DNA of 64,000 nucleotides, from the NCBI GenBank assembly GCA_035353175.1, contig DAOPZC010000018.1:951-64950 (forward strand). The letters run 5' to 3'. A program made the translations under genes and the position numbers. Origin of the DNA: Kiritimatiellia bacterium (GTDB taxonomy: Bacteria > Verrucomicrobiota > Kiritimatiellia > RFP12 > UBA1067). Below, piece after piece: positions 39,213 through 48,191 of this stretch. Every line of letters begins with the position of its first letter. Position 1 is the first letter of the stretch. The notes beneath the pieces are model-generated. The model ran no database searches and was not told where the DNA came from. It worked only from the letters and a program-made list of their open reading frames with translations.

Positions 39213-40313
39213 ATGGCCAAGATCGATTTTGGCGGTGTTGTCGAAACCGTCGTTACACGTAAAGAGTATCCCTTGAAGAAAGCGCAGAAGGTTCTCAAGG
39301 ATGAGGTCATCGCCATTATTGGCTATGGCGTGCAGGGACCCGCTCAGGCGCTGAACATGCGCGATAACGGCATCAACGTCATCATCGGCCAGGACAAGCG
39401 GTTCGCGGGCGACTGGAAGCGCGCGATGAAGGACGGCTTCAAGCCGGGCAAGTCGCTGTTCGACATCGAAGAGGCCGCCGAGAAAGCCACCATCGTGATG
39501 ATGCTGGTGAACGACGCCGCGATCAAGCAGGTGTGGCCGCGCATCGCGCCCTACATGACCGCCGGCAAGGCGCTCTATTTCTCCCACGGTTTCGGATTTG
39601 TCTACAACAAGCTGACGGGCGTCAAGCCCAGCGCGGACGTGGACGTGATCATGGTCGCCCCCAAGGGCTCGGGCACCTCGGTGCGCCGCAACTTCCTCGC
39701 GGGCGTGGGCATCAACTCCAGCTTCGCCGTGGCGCAGGACGCGACCGGCAAGGCGCTGGACCGCACGCTGGCCATCGGTGTCGGCGTGGGGTCGGGCTAC
39801 CTCTTCCCGACGACGTTCGATCACGAAGTCACCTCTGACCTCGTGGGCGAGCGCGGCGTGCTGATGGGCGCGCTGGCGGGCATTATGGAAGCGCAGTACG
39901 ACGTGCTCCGCAAGAACGGGCACAGCCCGTCCGAGGCGTTCAACGAGACGGTCGAGGAACTCACGCAGAGCCTCATCCGCCTGGTCGACGAGAACGGCAT
40001 GGACTGGATGTACTCGAACTGCTCGGCCACGGCGCAGCGCGGCGCGCTCGACTGGAAGCCGAAATTCAAGAAGGCGACGCTGCCGGTGTTCAACGCCCTG
40101 TATAAGGCCGTCAAGACCCAGAGCGAGGCCAAGCACGTCATCAAGGTCTGCGGCACAGCCGACTACAAGCAGAAGCTGGACGCCGAGCTCAAGGTGATGC
40201 GCGACTCCGAGATGTGGACCGCCGGCGCGGCGGTGCGCGCGCTGCGTCCCCACGAGAAGGCCAAGGCCAACGCCGACAAGGCGGCCGGCGTCAAGGGCCG
40301 CGGCAAGAACTAA
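39213..40313 (+). CDS. ilvC: Ketol-acid reductoisomerase
   Basis: IIGYGVQGPAQALNMRDNG Rossmann motif and the class I KARI pattern. Unusual Lys/Ala-rich C-terminal tail of about 30 aa. Confidence 0.9.
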   Translation: MAKIDFGGVVETVVTRKEYPLKKAQKVLKDEVIAIIGYGVQGPAQALNMRDNGINVIIGQDKRFAGDWKRAMKDGFKPGKSLFDIEEAAEKATIVMMLVNDAAIKQVWPRIAPYMTAGKALYFSHGFGFVYNKLTGVKPSADVDVIMVAPKGSGTSVRRNFLAGVGINSSFAVAQDATGKALDRTLAIGVGVGSGYLFPTTFDHEVTSDLVGERGVLMGALAGIMEAQYDVLRKNGHSPSEAFNETVEELTQSLIRLVDENGMDWMYSNCSATAQRGALDWKPKFKKATLPVFNALYKAVKTQSEAKHVIKVCGTADYKQKLDAELKVMRDSEMWTAGAAVRALRPHEKAKANADKAAGVKGRGKN

Positions 40314-40341
40314 TCTTCGCCCTGCTGAAAGCCTTAAGAGA

Positions 40342-40376
40342 GGCCCGCCGGATTTCCGGCGGGCTTCTCTGTTTTT
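40342..40376 (+). terminator. Rho-independent terminator after ilvC
   Basis: GGCCCGCCGGA-tt-TCCGGCGGGC hairpin followed by TCTCTGTTTTT. Confidence 0.7.
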
Positions 40377-40415
40377 CGAGTTGAAGACGCGCATCCCGAC
40401 CTGTAAGCTACCTGT

Positions 40416-41672
40416 ATGAAAACCTATCTTCGGTTCGATAGCGTGGGTGGCGCCAGCGGGGATATGATCCTCTCCGCCCTTGCGGCGCTGGGCGCGGATA
40501 TCGTCGCCATCGAGCAGACGATTAACGGCTTCTTTCCGGAGCGCCTCCATTTTCACCTCGACACCGCCAGCGCCGCAGGACTGAACGGCGTGCGGGTGTC
40601 GGTTCACGCGGTGCACCCTGCTCATCACGACGACCGCGAATGGCCGGACGCGCTGGAGCATGCGCATCACCACGGTGCGGCCCATGGGCACGGGCACCGC
40701 GGCCTCAAAGAGATCGAACATCTTTTGGAGCATGCGCCGCTCGCTGACGCCACGCGCGCGCTGGCGCTCGGCGTGTTCCGTAAACTGGCCGAGGCCGAAG
40801 CCAAGATCCACGGCAAGACGCCGGAGACCGTGCACTTTCACGAGATCGGCGCGTGGGACTCGGTCGCCGACATCGTCGGCGCCTGCCTCGCGCTGGACCA
40901 GCTCGGCGTGTGCGGCGTTTCCTGCGGGCCTCTGCCCGCGGGCATCGGCACGATCCGGTGCGCCCACGGCGAGATGCCGAATCCCGCGCCCGCCACGCAG
41001 GAGTTGCTGGCCGGCATGGTGGTGACGCAGACCGACGAGCCCTTTGAACTGGTGACGCCTACCGGCGCGGCGCTGTTGCGCGTCTGGTCTCATACGCTCG
41101 CGCCGTTGCCGGCTGAGACCACCGTGATCCGCAGCGCTTTCGGCTTCGGCGGACGGACGCTCAACAGCCGGCCGAACGTGCTGCGCGCCACCTTGCTGAC
41201 GGAAGCGGCGGCCGGGGCCGTGGCGTCCGCGCCGGAACTGCTGGTGCTTGAGACCAATCTGGACGACTGCAATCCCGAATGGCTGGGCACGCTGACGACG
41301 GATCTTCTCGAGCGTGGCGCGTTGGATGTCTGGCACACGGCGGTGGTGATGAAGAAGGGCCGCCCCGGCATCGTCCTGAGCGTGCTGGCCGAGCCTGCGA
41401 AGGCGGCGGTTTTGCGCGAGTGGATTTTCCGCTCCACTACCACGTTCGGCATCCGTAGCTACGGGGTGCAGCGGGAGGCGCTGGCCCGCCGGTTTGAGAA
41501 CGTGGCGACGCCGTGGGGCGAGGTGCCGGTCAAGATTGGCTCGCTGCGCGGCGAGGACATCACCTTTGCGCCGGAACACAACGCCTGCGCGCTGCTCGCG
41601 CTTTCGCACCACGTTGCCCCGCGGCAAGTCTACGCGGCGGCGCAGGCCTCTTGCCGGGCTCGGCCAGCCTGA
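40416..41672 (+). CDS. larC: Nickel-pincer cofactor biosynthesis protein LarC (nickel insertase)
   Basis: MKTYLRFDSVGGASGDM N-terminus. His-rich stretch HAHHHGAAHGHGH. The LarC1 and LarC2 pattern matches the DUF111 family. Confidence 0.8.
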   Translation: MKTYLRFDSVGGASGDMILSALAALGADIVAIEQTINGFFPERLHFHLDTASAAGLNGVRVSVHAVHPAHHDDREWPDALEHAHHHGAAHGHGHRGLKEIEHLLEHAPLADATRALALGVFRKLAEAEAKIHGKTPETVHFHEIGAWDSVADIVGACLALDQLGVCGVSCGPLPAGIGTIRCAHGEMPNPAPATQELLAGMVVTQTDEPFELVTPTGAALLRVWSHTLAPLPAETTVIRSAFGFGGRTLNSRPNVLRATLLTEAAAGAVASAPELLVLETNLDDCNPEWLGTLTTDLLERGALDVWHTAVVMKKGRPGIVLSVLAEPAKAAVLREWIFRSTTTFGIRSYGVQREALARRFENVATPWGEVPVKIGSLRGEDITFAPEHNACALLALSHHVAPRQVYAAAQASCRARPA

Positions 41673-41684
41673 TCGGATCACGTC

Positions 41685-42773
41685 ATGAGCATGCCAAGTT
41701 TACACCGGCACCATCACCATTCCCGCCATGGCTCCCTCGGCCATCGCGACGACGCCGAGCGTTCGCAGAACGGTTCCCGGCGCAGCGCGGTTTTGAAGGA
41801 AGGACGTGCGAGCGAAAGCGAACCCCTCTCTTCCGCACGCGGCGGCGGATCTCATCGGATGGGCTCCGGCCGTCGGGCGGGGCTCGGCAGGACAGCGTCG
41901 GTACTGTGTGTGATGGCCGCTTTTCTGGCGTTCGGAGTCGCGCTGATCATGGAGCTGGTGGCCTACACGCGGCGAGAGGCGGCGAATCCTTTCCTCAACG
42001 GCGTTACCGGCCTGTTCGCATTGGCCGCTCTCGGTGCGGGCTGCTATGCGCAGATCGTGCAGTTTCACCATTGGAGCCGACGCGTCCGGCACCGGCTCCA
42101 AGTGGGCCTCACGGTGACCTTGCTGACGCTGCTGCTGGTGGTCGTCAACGTCTACGATAAGGTCACGCCGCCGGCCGGTGACGCGCCGGCGGAGCCGGTT
42201 GCAGCGACGACGGCGGACGCTCCCGCCGCGCAGGAGGACACGTCGCTGGTGAAGCCCGGATGGTATGGAGAGTTGCAGCAGGACGGGGTCATGGCGGTGC
42301 TCGCCTCGTTTGCCGACAACGCCTCCGAGTCGCGTCAATTCAGCCGGCGCGTGACGAAGCCGGTCTCCTATGCGACACTGTCGGTGATCAATCTGGGGAG
42401 TCCGGTCCCGGTCGTCTTGAGATTCTTGGAAGTGGGTCTTCTGCTCGATACGGGCGAAGAAGTGCAGAGCCTGGCCGTGAAGCCGCTGCTGCACGCGGCG
42501 GGCGGCAACGAGAGCTTGGCCCGGCGCCTGACCGCGCCGCAGACGCTTGGGACGGGGGCGATGCTTCCCGATATTCCGGTCTGTCTGGCCCCCGGGTTCC
42601 GGTGGGAGCGCGTGCGCGGCGTGAAGCTGAATCTCAACGCCCGGGACGTTGTCATTCCGGGGCGCATGATGACCGCGGACGAAAAACGCCTCCTGCTGGA
42701 GAAGACGACCGCTTCCAAGCCCTCTTCCGTTTCCTCCAACGTTTCCGCCGAGGCGTGGTTCAAAGACCTGTGA
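41685..42773 (+). CDS. Hypothetical membrane protein with His-rich N-terminus
   Basis: MSMPSLHRHHHHSRHGSLGH. About 3-4 TM helices, then a roughly 190-aa C-terminal domain with no recognisable family. Start is uncertain. Confidence 0.4.
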   Translation: MSMPSLHRHHHHSRHGSLGHRDDAERSQNGSRRSAVLKEGRASESEPLSSARGGGSHRMGSGRRAGLGRTASVLCVMAAFLAFGVALIMELVAYTRREAANPFLNGVTGLFALAALGAGCYAQIVQFHHWSRRVRHRLQVGLTVTLLTLLLVVVNVYDKVTPPAGDAPAEPVAATTADAPAAQEDTSLVKPGWYGELQQDGVMAVLASFADNASESRQFSRRVTKPVSYATLSVINLGSPVPVVLRFLEVGLLLDTGEEVQSLAVKPLLHAAGGNESLARRLTAPQTLGTGAMLPDIPVCLAPGFRWERVRGVKLNLNARDVVIPGRMMTADEKRLLLEKTTASKPSSVSSNVSAEAWFKDL

Positions 42774-42892
42774 TGCCGAGCCGCCGGTCGAAACGCGGGC
42801 CGTTCCGGAATGGCCCGCTGCGCGATTCGGGCAAGGCAAGTCGACAAGCCCTTCCTGTTGCCGAGCCGCACCGGAAAACGTATAATACGTCT

Positions 42893-43426
42893 ATGAAATG
42901 TTTATTTTTTATGGCGGCGGCCTGCCTGCTGGGGACCATGGCAACGCAGGCTGCGGGGATTAAGCTTTGTTTCGAGGCGGAGACGGCGGAGCGCTGCGAA
43001 GCGCCCATGGCGGTCGTATCGAACGGTGTCGCGGGGGCCTCGGGTGTCTATCTTGAGATTCCCGAGGGGGCCGGGAATCCGCCCAAAGTGGAGGCGGGCA
43101 AAGCCGTGTATTCGTTCGACGTGCCGGAAGACGGTGTCTTCACCCTGTGGTGCCGCGTCTGGTGGGAGGGCGAGTGCAGCAACTCGTTCACCGTGACTGT
43201 CGACGGGCAGCCCGCTTTTCTCTTCGGCGAAGACGCCACCTATAAAGTGTGGCACTGGGTCCGGTATCCCGTGTCCCGCACCTCTGCACCCGTCAAGCTC
43301 GCAAAAGGACGGCACGCGCTGACCTTCCGTAACCGCGAGGACGGCGTGCGGCTCGATCAGATCCTGCTCAGCGCGGACAAGCGCTTCGTTCCCGTCGAGA
43401 CCGAGCCCACGGGTACGCGCAAATGA
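42893..43426 (+). CDS. Small secreted beta-sandwich protein (domain shared with the C-terminus of the heparinase II/III-like protein)
   Basis: Signal peptide MKCLFFMAAACLLGTMATQAAG. F.VP..G.[FY].L...R...SF.V.V.G......W.WV......L..G.H.L.F..RE.G..LD...L pattern. TATAAT sits 6 nt upstream of the ATG. Confidence 0.5.
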   Translation: MKCLFFMAAACLLGTMATQAAGIKLCFEAETAERCEAPMAVVSNGVAGASGVYLEIPEGAGNPPKVEAGKAVYSFDVPEDGVFTLWCRVWWEGECSNSFTVTVDGQPAFLFGEDATYKVWHWVRYPVSRTSAPVKLAKGRHALTFRNREDGVRLDQILLSADKRFVPVETEPTGTRK

Positions 43427-44655
43427 CGGGGCAGCGCCTCCATACGCTGCTCCAGTCGGCCTTCCGGTGTGGCGTGCTCGTCACGCTGTGCGTTGCTCCG
43501 ACCCAGTGGTCGCTCGAGCCCCGCCCCAAGCTTCATCTTTCGCCGGCCGACCTGTCGCTCGCCGCCACCGCCGGCATCTGGTTTCTTGACCTTTTGGCGT
43601 GCCGCGACTGGCGGCGTCTGCTGCGGCTGCCGCCGTGGCCCCATCTGCTTTTTGTCGCCTGCGCGGCGCTCTCGGTGCTGGTCGCGGCGGACAAGGGGGC
43701 GGCGCTCAAGGACCTCGTCCAGTATGTCGAGTATTTCCTCGTGGGCTCGATGCTCTTCGGCGCGTATCTGCGCGACGGGGACCGGCTGGCCGTGCGGCGG
43801 GCGCTGACCCTGCTCGGGTGCGTGACGGCCGCGGTGCTCGGCCTCGCGCTGGTCCACTATTTCGCGGGGGGCGAGGACCCTCTTTCTGTGCGCGGCTCGT
43901 TCGGCAACCGCAATGTGCTCGGCGGTTTTCTCGCGCTGGCGCTTCCGCTTTGCTTCGCGGGCGTGCTGGGCGCGCGCGGCTGGCCGCTGAAGACGGCCTG
44001 CGCGGCGATGCTGGCGGCCGGGCTGGCCATCGACCTCTCGGGAGCCTCCTATTTCGCGGTTGCCGGGGCGGTCGCCTGCATGGCGGCGGCCTGTGGACCC
44101 AAACTGTTTGTGCCGGTGGCCGCCGGCCTGATCCTGTGGCAGAGCGTGGTGCTGCCGCGGCTTCCGCGCGAGAACGACCTCGTCCATTTTCAGTCCGTGG
44201 CGCTTTACGACGGTAGCGGCCAGGCCGGGCGACGGTATCCCGACTGGCAGGCTGCGGCCAGCATGACGCTGACCCATCCGTGGCTGGGCGTCGGCCTCGG
44301 CAACTACCAGAAACACGTCGGCCAGTATTACGACCAGGTTCCGCGTCAGACGGGGCCTTCGGAGCCCGACATCCAGAACCTGTATCTGGTGCTGGCCGCC
44401 TCGTGCGGATTGCCGGCTCTGCTCGCCTTTCTCGCGATGTTCGTGGGCGCCGCGTGCGCCGCGGCTCGGGCCGTTCTCGCGCGGCGCGGTACGCCCCGCG
44501 CCGCTTTGGCCGCGGGCGTGCTGGGCGCGCTGGCCGCGTTTGCCGCCGCGGCCGTATGGCACCCGCTGTTGGTGCGTGGCATCGGGCTCCCGCTCGTTTT
44601 CCTGTTCGCGCTCGCGCAACATCTCGCACAATCGGAGGCAGACGATGGCATCTAA
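43423..44655 (+). CDS. O-antigen ligase / Wzy_C-family polytopic membrane protein
   Basis: About 10 TM helices. LTHPWLGVGLGNY periplasmic-loop motif typical of the O-antigen ligase/polymerase family. Its ATG overlaps the upstream stop. Confidence 0.65.
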   Translation: MTGQRLHTLLQSAFRCGVLVTLCVAPTQWSLEPRPKLHLSPADLSLAATAGIWFLDLLACRDWRRLLRLPPWPHLLFVACAALSVLVAADKGAALKDLVQYVEYFLVGSMLFGAYLRDGDRLAVRRALTLLGCVTAAVLGLALVHYFAGGEDPLSVRGSFGNRNVLGGFLALALPLCFAGVLGARGWPLKTACAAMLAAGLAIDLSGASYFAVAGAVACMAAACGPKLFVPVAAGLILWQSVVLPRLPRENDLVHFQSVALYDGSGQAGRRYPDWQAAASMTLTHPWLGVGLGNYQKHVGQYYDQVPRQTGPSEPDIQNLYLVLAASCGLPALLAFLAMFVGAACAAARAVLARRGTPRAALAAGVLGALAAFAAAAVWHPLLVRGIGLPLVFLFALAQHLAQSEADDGI

Positions 44656-46474
44656 CCCGACACAGGCTCCGCGCATTTTCGAACTTCCGGTGCACAAGGT
44701 CCATACCCGCGTGCTGCGTTTCCTTGTGCGCCTCGTCAAGCGGCCGATCGAAAGCGTCAGCGGCCTGCGTGCGGCGGACCGCATCTATGCCCGCGCGTGG
44801 AAGATGCCGAAGGAGATCCCTTTCTGCGACCGCGCCCTGCAGGCGGTCGGCGTCCGCACCGATTTCTCGGAGGAAGAGCTGGCGTGTGTGCCGAAAGAGG
44901 GGCCGGTGGTGGTGGTGGCCAACCATCCCTTCGGCGGCATCGAGGGCGTGATTCTGCTCGCGCTTCTGCGGCGCATCCGGCCCGACGTGAAGGCGATGGC
45001 CAACTACCTGTTGAGCGCGATCCCCGAGATGCGCGACGATTTCATCTTCGTGGATCCCTTCGCCTCGAAGAATTCGGCCAAGGCAAATTTGCGTCCCATC
45101 AAGGAGAGCCTGGGGTGGCTCAAAGACGGGCACCTGCTCATCGTCTTCCCTTCGGGCGAGGTGTCCAGCTTCGACCGCCGCACGCTGCGGGTGCGCGATC
45201 CCGCCTGGAGCGCGAGCATCGCCGCGCTGGCGCGCAAGACCAACGCGACCGTGGTGCCGATGTTTTTTCCGGGGCGCAACAGCCTCTTCTTTAATCTGGT
45301 CGGCCTGATCCACCCGCGTTTCCGGACCTCGCTGCTGCCGCGCCAGATCGCAAACAAGAAGGGCCGCATCTTGACGGTCCGCATCGGCACGCCGCTCACC
45401 GCCAAGGCGCTCGAGCCCTTCTCGATGGACGACGTGCAGCTCATCAAGTACATGCGGTTCCGCTCTTACCTGCTGGCTGAGCGCGAAACGCACCGCACGC
45501 GGCGTTTCATCTCTCTGCATCCGCCGATGATGCCGCCCGACCCCGTCATCGCGCCGGTGCCCGCCGAGATTCTGGCCGCCGAGATCGGCCGGTTGCCCGA
45601 AACCTGTAAGCTGATCGCTGCCGGAGATTTCGCGGTCTACATCGCCGCCGCCCGGCAGATTCCGTCGTGCCTGCGCGAGATCGGCCGCCTGCGCGAGGCC
45701 ACCTTCCGCGCGGTGGGCGAGGGCACCGGCAACGCGATCGACCTCGACGCGTTCGACGATTACTACAACCACCTGTTTATGTGGAACACGGTGCGGCAGG
45801 AGATCGTCGGCTCCTACCGGCTTGGCCTGACCGACAAGATTTTGGCCGACCGTGGCGTCAAGGGACTCTATACGCGCACGCTCTTCAAGTTCGACGAGCG
45901 GCTGATGGAAAAGATCCCGCCGGCCATCGAGATGGGGCGCTCGTTCATCCGGACCGAATACCAGAAGGCCTACACGTCACTCTTCCTGCTCTGGAGGGGC
46001 ATCTCCGCCTTCATCGGCCGCAATCCGCACTACCGCGTGCTTTTCGGACCGGTCAGCATCACCAACGAATACCGCGAGGCCTCGCGCTGCATGATCCTCG
46101 CTTCGATGCGCCAGACCTGCATGGCGGATGACCTCGCGTATCTGGTCAAGCCCAAGTTCCCGCCCAAGCCGCCCAAGCGTTCAGAGTGGTGCCTCAAAGA
46201 GTACATGGAGTATTTGAACGATATCGACCAGGTGGCGGGGTATGTCGCGGAGATCGAGCCCGACGGCAAGGACATTCCGGTTCTGTTGCGCCAGTACTTG
46301 AAGCTGAGCGGCAAGCTGCTTTCCTTCAACGTGGATCCGGAATTCAGCTCGGTCGTGGACGGCCTCATCATGGTGGACCTCTCGCAGTCCAGTCCCAAGA
46401 CGTTGCGCCGCTACATGGGCAACGAGGTCGCCGAGGCCTACTTCAAGTACCACGGCATCACGGAAACGGCGTAG
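44645..46474 (+). CDS. Fused acyltransferase: N-terminal PlsC-like O-acyltransferase + C-terminal OlsB-like N-acyltransferase (OlsF-like aminolipid synthase)
   Basis: VVVANHPFGGIEG...FPSGEVS lysophospholipid-acyltransferase motifs. C-terminal DLDAFDDYYNHLFMWN and E.GRSFIRTEY segments resemble OlsB-type N-acyltransferases. Start moved to the ATG overlapping the upstream stop; the track ORF begins at 44540. Confidence 0.6.
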   Translation: MASNPTQAPRIFELPVHKVHTRVLRFLVRLVKRPIESVSGLRAADRIYARAWKMPKEIPFCDRALQAVGVRTDFSEEELACVPKEGPVVVVANHPFGGIEGVILLALLRRIRPDVKAMANYLLSAIPEMRDDFIFVDPFASKNSAKANLRPIKESLGWLKDGHLLIVFPSGEVSSFDRRTLRVRDPAWSASIAALARKTNATVVPMFFPGRNSLFFNLVGLIHPRFRTSLLPRQIANKKGRILTVRIGTPLTAKALEPFSMDDVQLIKYMRFRSYLLAERETHRTRRFISLHPPMMPPDPVIAPVPAEILAAEIGRLPETCKLIAAGDFAVYIAAARQIPSCLREIGRLREATFRAVGEGTGNAIDLDAFDDYYNHLFMWNTVRQEIVGSYRLGLTDKILADRGVKGLYTRTLFKFDERLMEKIPPAIEMGRSFIRTEYQKAYTSLFLLWRGISAFIGRNPHYRVLFGPVSITNEYREASRCMILASMRQTCMADDLAYLVKPKFPPKPPKRSEWCLKEYMEYLNDIDQVAGYVAEIEPDGKDIPVLLRQYLKLSGKLLSFNVDPEFSSVVDGLIMVDLSQSSPKTLRRYMGNEVAEAYFKYHGITETA

Positions 46475-46481
46475 GAAAGCT

Positions 46482-48146
46482 ATGCTCACCCATCTTTCAG
46501 TCCGCAATCTCGCCATCGTCGAAGAGGCCGAAGTCGCCTTCGGCGCGGGGCTCAACATCATCACCGGCGAGACCGGCGCGGGCAAGTCCGTGCTCATGGG
46601 CGCGCTCGATCTGGTGCTCGGCGGGCGCGCCGACAAGTCGGCCATCCGCGAAGGGGCCGCCGAGGCGTGGGTCGAGGCGTCCTTCAGCCTCGCCGACACC
46701 CGGGCCGTCGACGCGCTGCTCGATGCGGGCGGGTTGCCGGTCTGCGAGGAGGGCGCGCTGCTGGTGCGCCGCTCGGTCGCCGCCTCGGGCGCGGGGCGCT
46801 GCCTCGTGAACGACACGCCCGCGACGGTCCAGACCCTGCGCCGGCTCGGGAGCCTGCTCGTCGATATTCATGGACCTTACGACCACCAGTCGCTGCTCGA
46901 TCCCGATTTCCAGCGCGACGTGCTTGACGCCTACGGGCACTGCGCGCCGCAGCGTGCCGCTTACGCCGACGTGTGGCAAACGTTGAAAACCCTGGAGGCG
47001 CGGCTTGACGCGCTGCAGGGCGACTCCTCCGACATCGTCGCCGAGATCGACCGGCTCCAGTTCATCGTGGACGAGATCACGCGGGCCGGCCTCACCGATG
47101 CCGATGAGACCGAACTGGTCGAGCAGCACGCGCAGGCCGCGAACGCCGAGCAGATCCTTTCCCTCGGCGCTTCCGTCGCAGGGGCGCTCACCGACGGCGA
47201 GAATTCGGCGTTCGATCTGCTCGCCAACATTCAGGTCCAGATCGCGGAGCTCGCGCGCATCCTGCCCGAGGCCGCCGCGTGGCGAACCGAGGTCCAGGGC
47301 GCGGCGGTGCAGCTCCAGGAGCTCGGGCGCGCCGTCAACGACCGGCTGAGCCGGATCGACGCCGACCCCGCACGTTTGCAGCAGCTCGAAGAACGCATGG
47401 CGCTGGTGCAGCGCCTCAAGCGAAAATACGGACATACGGTCGGCGACGTTCTCGCGGCGCTGGGCAAAAACCAGGACCGGCTCAACGATCTTGCGACGCG
47501 CACCGAGCAGGTGGAAAAAATCCAGAAAGAGATCGCTTCCGTTTCCGCGAAGCTGGCGGAGAAGGCCGCGGCCCTCACCAAGGGCCGCACGCAGGCGGCG
47601 GGCAAACTCGCGCGCGCCATTACGGCCGAACTGCACGACCTCGGCTTTCTCAAATCCGGTTTCGCGGTCGACCTCGAGGCCTGCGCGCCGGGACCGCACG
47701 GCGCGGATGTCGTCTCGTACGGGTTTGCGCCGAATCCGGGCGAGCCGATGCGCGCGCTCAAGGCGATCGCTTCCAGCGGCGAGATCGCGCGCGTCATGCT
47801 CGCGGTCAAGGCCGTGCTGGCCTCGCACGACAGCATTCCGGTTCTGGTGTTCGACGAGATCGACGCCAATATCGGCGGCGAGGTCGGGCGTGCGGTCGGC
47901 CAGAAGCTGCGCCGCGTGGCGGAGACGCATCAGGTTATTTCGATCACGCACTTGCCGCAGTCCGCCGTTTACGGGCGCCACCATTTCGTGGTTTCGAAAG
48001 AGGTGGTCAAGGGGCGCACCAAGATGCGCATCGAGATTCTGGACGAACCGCGGCGGGTCGATGAGATCGCGCGCATGCTGGGCGGCAAAGGGCTGACCAG
48101 TGTGATCGAGAGCCATGCGCGCGAACTGCTCGCTTCCGCGAAGTGA
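46482..48146 (+). CDS. recN: DNA repair protein RecN
   Basis: Walker A GETGAGKS, coiled-coil middle, C-terminal signature/D-loop (VLVFDEIDANIGG). 554 aa. Confidence 0.9.
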   Translation: MLTHLSVRNLAIVEEAEVAFGAGLNIITGETGAGKSVLMGALDLVLGGRADKSAIREGAAEAWVEASFSLADTRAVDALLDAGGLPVCEEGALLVRRSVAASGAGRCLVNDTPATVQTLRRLGSLLVDIHGPYDHQSLLDPDFQRDVLDAYGHCAPQRAAYADVWQTLKTLEARLDALQGDSSDIVAEIDRLQFIVDEITRAGLTDADETELVEQHAQAANAEQILSLGASVAGALTDGENSAFDLLANIQVQIAELARILPEAAAWRTEVQGAAVQLQELGRAVNDRLSRIDADPARLQQLEERMALVQRLKRKYGHTVGDVLAALGKNQDRLNDLATRTEQVEKIQKEIASVSAKLAEKAAALTKGRTQAAGKLARAITAELHDLGFLKSGFAVDLEACAPGPHGADVVSYGFAPNPGEPMRALKAIASSGEIARVMLAVKAVLASHDSIPVLVFDEIDANIGGEVGRAVGQKLRRVAETHQVISITHLPQSAVYGRHHFVVSKEVVKGRTKMRIEILDEPRRVDEIARMLGGKGLTSVIESHARELLASAK

Positions 48147-48191
48147 ACGGGCGACCGTTCCAACAGGGTGTTCAACAAGGGGGGGATTGCA

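Noticed and set aside
39192-41681. 829-aa minus-strand ORF antisense to ilvC and larC
   Set aside because: ilvC and larC are unambiguous on the plus strand; the antisense translation is low complexity.
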